A stretch of DNA of 64,000 bases from NCBI GenBank assembly GCA_963666315.2, contig CAXXHG010000010.1, positions 64,001 through 128,000 on the forward strand. Direction: 5' to 3'. Positions 61,019 through 64,000 of this stretch are shown here, piece after piece. The notes under the pieces were generated by a model. It ran no database searches and was not told the DNA's origin. It was given only the letters and a program-made list of their open reading frames with translations. Position numbers and translations under genes: made by a program. Origin of the DNA: Candidatus Binatia bacterium (GTDB lineage: Bacteria > Desulfobacterota > Binatia > Bin18). Numbering within the stretch: position 1 is the first letter of the stretch; every line of letters starts with the position of its first letter.

Positions 61019-62068
61019 TTATGCCGGATTCCCCTCACGGGAGGCTCGCATTCTGTCCAGCTCCTCGCGAGTGGGAGGTTCGTCCAGATGCATGCCAAGC
61101 TCCAGCTCCATCTCGTGCAAGAGGTCCTTAATCTCGTTCAGAGATTTTCGGCCGAAATTCTTCGTCTTCAGCAATTCTGGTTCAGTCTTGACAATGAGTT
61201 CTCCGATGTAACGCAGGTCAGCGCTTTGTAAACAGTTGGCAGAACGGACCGAGAGATTGAGATCTTCGATGGGACGAAACAGATTTTCATTCGGCAGGGG
61301 CTGTTCTTCTTGCCTGTCCCGATCCTCAGAGCCTTCCCCTTCTTCTGCTGGACCCGAAAAGATCGTTAGCTGATCCTGGACAATTCGGGCAGCAGAAGCG
61401 ACGGCCTCTTTAGGACCTATGCTCCCATCGGTCCACACCTCTAGCGAAAGATGCTCAAAATCGGTCCGTTGTCCTACACGTGCACTGGTCACCGTCACAT
61501 TGACCTTACGGACAGGAGAAAATGCCGCATCTAGTGGGATCGTTCCAATGGGATCCTCTTCAGATTTATGCCGCTCAGCGATGACATATCCGCGACCTGT
61601 ACTCACCTCTGCTTCGAGGTCAAGTTGCGCATCTTTCCCCAGCTGGGCAACATGGGCTTCGGGGTTGATAATATCGACCTGGGGGCCGACAGAGAAGTCG
61701 CCGGCAGAAACACTCTTGGCCCCACGGACCTTGAGGGTCGCCGTTGCCGTATCGCCGTCGTGGAACCGAAATCGGATTTCTTTCAGGTTGAGTAACAGGT
61801 CGGTGACATCTTCTGTCATTCCAGGAATGGTAGAAAATTCATGGACGACATCTTGAATGCGCACCTTGGTAATGGCCGCCCCGGATAGCGAGGATAACAA
61901 GACCCGCCGCAACGTATTGCCTAAAGTCAAGCCGAATCCCCGCTCAAAGGGTTCCCCAATGAAACGGCCGTATGTTGAAGTCAAGGTTTTTTCTTCAACA
62001 TCGAGTATCTTGGGCTTCACGAGGTCACGCCAACTCTCCTGCATGCTGCTCCCTCTTTCGTCTTGCAT
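61019..62068 (-). CDS. rpoA: RNA polymerase alpha subunit
   Basis: EPFERGFG.TLGN.LRRVLLSS, HEFSTIPG, LSVRSANCL, NFGRKSL.EIK. Start may be 62044. Confidence 0.98.
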   Translation of the reverse strand: MQDERGSSMQESWRDLVKPKILDVEEKTLTSTYGRFIGEPFERGFGLTLGNTLRRVLLSSLSGAAITKVRIQDVVHEFSTIPGMTEDVTDLLLNLKEIRFRFHDGDTATATLKVRGAKSVSAGDFSVGPQVDIINPEAHVAQLGKDAQLDLEAEVSTGRGYVIAERHKSEEDPIGTIPLDAAFSPVRKVNVTVTSARVGQRTDFEHLSLEVWTDGSIGPKEAVASAARIVQDQLTIFSGPAEEGEGSEDRDRQEEQPLPNENLFRPIEDLNLSVRSANCLQSADLRYIGELIVKTEPELLKTKNFGRKSLNEIKDLLHEMELELGMHLDEPPTREELDRMRASREGNPA

Positions 62069-62105
62069 CCGTACCCCACCCTGCTCTACACGTCGCTTTG
62101 CTACG

Positions 62106-62738
62106 TTAGACTTTTGAGTACAACTCTACGATCAATTGTTCATTGATAGGCAAAGTAATTTCGGACCGTTCGGGCAACGCACGGACACGTCCAGAAAACG
62201 AGTCCATTTGGACCTCAAGCCATTCCGGAACTCCACGCCGCTGCGCGAGTTCAGCGGATTCTTGGATCCGAGCAATTTTTCGACTCGCCTCACGGACCTG
62301 GATCTCATCTCCGGCTTTCACAGAGTACGAGGGGATCGTCACCCGTCGTCCGTTAACAAGGAAATGACCATGTCGGACAAGCTGGCGAGCTTCTGAACGT
62401 GAGGTAGCGAATCCCATACGATATACCATATTATCAAGCCGACTCTCTAGAAGCACGAGAAGATTTTCACCGGTGATCCCGCGTCCACGCTCCGCACGCG
62501 CAAAGAGTCGACGGAAGGGGCCTTCGAGAGTACCGTACATACGCTTCAGTTTTTGCTTTTCTCGTAACTGGACATGATACTCTGTCGGCTTCCGGCCCCG
62601 TGCCTGACCATGCTGTCCAGGCGGATAGCCCCGTCTCTCGATCCCACATTTATCGGTATAACACCGTTCGCCTTTGAGGAAGAGTTTGAGTCCCTCCCGG
62701 CGGCACAGGCGACAAGCCGGCCCTCTATATCGTGCCAC
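62106..62738 (-). CDS. rpsD: 30S ribosomal protein S4
   Basis: [36 protein letters not shown]. Confidence 0.98.
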   Translation of the reverse strand: MARYRGPACRLCRREGLKLFLKGERCYTDKCGIERRGYPPGQHGQARGRKPTEYHVQLREKQKLKRMYGTLEGPFRRLFARAERGRGITGENLLVLLESRLDNMVYRMGFATSRSEARQLVRHGHFLVNGRRVTIPSYSVKAGDEIQVREASRKIARIQESAELAQRRGVPEWLEVQMDSFSGRVRALPERSEITLPINEQLIVELYSKV

Positions 62739-62791
62739 AAAAACCTCCAGATCCTTGCATTGGTCTGATGACCTCCACTCCCTCTCCTCTG

Positions 62792-63190
62792 TTAAACACG
62801 ACGACGCTTTGGAGGTCGACAGCCATTATGAGGGATGGGCGTCACATCTCGAATGAGGCTGACCGCAAATCCAGCTGATTGGAGGGCACGCAGGGCAGAT
62901 TCTCTCCCTGCTCCAGGCCCCTTCACATGCACCTGAACCGAGCGCATACCTGAATCGACAGCCTTACGTGCCGCGCTTTCTGCTGCCATTTGTGCTGCAA
63001 ATGGCGTCCCTTTGCGTGACCCTTTAAATCCAACACTACCCGCACTGGCCCACGCAACAACATTTCCTTTCGGGTCAGCAATCGTCACGATCGTATTATT
63101 GAAAGTCGAATGAATATTCACGACACCTTCGGGGACGTTCCTTCGAATCTTTTTCTTCCGCGCTGTAGCGCGGTCAGCAGCTCTTGCCAT
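62792..63190 (-). CDS. rpsK: 30S ribosomal protein S11
   Basis: [39 protein letters not shown]. Confidence 0.98.
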   Translation of the reverse strand: MARAADRATARKKKIRRNVPEGVVNIHSTFNNTIVTIADPKGNVVAWASAGSVGFKGSRKGTPFAAQMAAESAARKAVDSGMRSVQVHVKGPGAGRESALRALQSAGFAVSLIRDVTPIPHNGCRPPKRRRV

Positions 63191-63216
63191 GCGTCTCTCC
63201 TCAGCTCTGCCACGAA

Positions 63217-63600
63217 CTACTTCGGTGTAGGTGCGACCTTCCTCACCACGGCTGTGCGGCGAGGCCCTTTCCTGGTTCGGGAGTTGTTTTTTGTCTTCTG
63301 GCCTCGGACTGGCAGGTTGCGTCGATGCCGCAATCCCCGGTACGCACCAACCTCAATATAGTGCTTAATGTGACCAGCCACCTCCCGCCGCAGGTCACCT
63401 TCGACCCGATACCCCTGGTCGATCGCACGCCGTATGTCTGCGATCTCATCGTCGGCCAGCACATCCGAATTGGTGTCTTCGCCCACTCCAGCTTCCGCTA
63501 AAATTTTGAGAGCAGTCAGCCTCCCAATCCCATAGATATAGGTAAGGCCGATACCAATCTTCTTATTGCGCGGCAATTCTATCCCGGCAATACGCGCCAT
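63217..63600 (-). CDS. rpsM: 30S ribosomal protein S13
   Basis: [35 protein letters not shown]. Confidence 0.98.
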   Translation of the reverse strand: MARIAGIELPRNKKIGIGLTYIYGIGRLTALKILAEAGVGEDTNSDVLADDEIADIRRAIDQGYRVEGDLRREVAGHIKHYIEVGAYRGLRHRRNLPVRGQKTKNNSRTRKGPRRTAVVRKVAPTPK

Positions 63601-63643
63601 ACTATTTCTCCGTCTTCTTCACTCAGTTTGGGAGGGCTTACCT

Positions 63644-63757
63644 TTAGCCCTGCCGCTGTTTATGACGAGGGTTTTCGCAAATGATACGAATAATCCCCTT
63701 GCGCCGAATGATTTTACACTTCCGACACATCGTTTTCACTGAAGCGCGAACTTTCAT
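63644..63757 (-). CDS. rpmJ: 50S ribosomal protein L36
   Basis: Hand translation [37 protein letters not shown]. Below the ORF-track cutoff. Confidence 0.97.
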   Translation of the reverse strand: MKVRASVKTMCRKCKIIRRKGIIRIICENPRHKQRQG

Positions 63758-63812
63758 AGGAACCTCATTCTCTTTCTCGACCAGCAATCCCGCACTGTCA
63801 TGACCTGCAGCC

Positions 63813-64000
63813 CTAAATCCGACTTAAAACGGCTGGGCCGTCAGCAGTAATGGCAACCGAGTGTTCAAAATGGGCGGAGATGCTGCCATCTTTTGTTACG
63901 GCAGTCCATCCATCATCTAACATCGCAACCTCTGCCCCGCCCATATTGACCATAGGTTCAATGGCGATAACCATTCCTTCGCGGAGGCGGACTCCACGAT
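63813..64000 (-). CDS. map: type I methionine aminopeptidase (C-terminal part; runs off window end)
   Basis: [38 protein letters not shown]. Confidence 0.95.
   Translation of the reverse strand, partial: RGVRLREGMVIAIEPMVNMGGAEVAMLDDGWTAVTKDGSISAHFEHSVAITADGPAVLSRI

Noticed and set aside
1-64000. Numerous overlapping or antisense ORFs in the track, and tRNA/rRNA genes
   Set aside because: The ORFs are shadows of well-supported genes in GC-rich DNA. No tRNA cloverleaf or rRNA signature was recognised by eye.

Overview
Bacterial chromosomal window with three zones. The gene order and the map-rpmJ-rpsMKD-rpoA-rplQ and trpDCFBA-accD-folC-lptD blocks suggest a deltaproteobacterial or Binatia-like lineage (inference). 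(1) 1-12.4 kb holds intact metabolic genes: hslO, ribB fused to a degenerate RibA domain, hpnD/crtB-like, dxr, a TolB-like protein, amtB with a sigma-54-like promoter, and a thiolase-like/DUF35/two-CoA-transferase operon. (2) About 12.5-39.9 kb is a patchwork accessory region with many decayed genes: three broken toxin-antitoxin loci, an IS630 remnant, and SLATT, EEP and DUF1501 fragments. It also carries two unusual peptide-modification-like modules. One is queD-queC directly upstream of an intact RiPP-type B12 radical SAM enzyme, facing a glycosyltransferase and a 2OG-Fe(II) oxygenase. The other is a broken PqqD/RRE-FucT-like-GT2-GT25 unit plus a nucleotidyltransferase, beside an IPTL-CTERM surface protein. 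(3) 40-64 kb is intact core genome: LPS core genes, yicC-gmk-spoT, rpmB, lptD, folC, accD, trp genes and the alpha operon. No rRNA, tRNA or CRISPR array was seen. All family calls come from motif recognition by eye, not from database searches.
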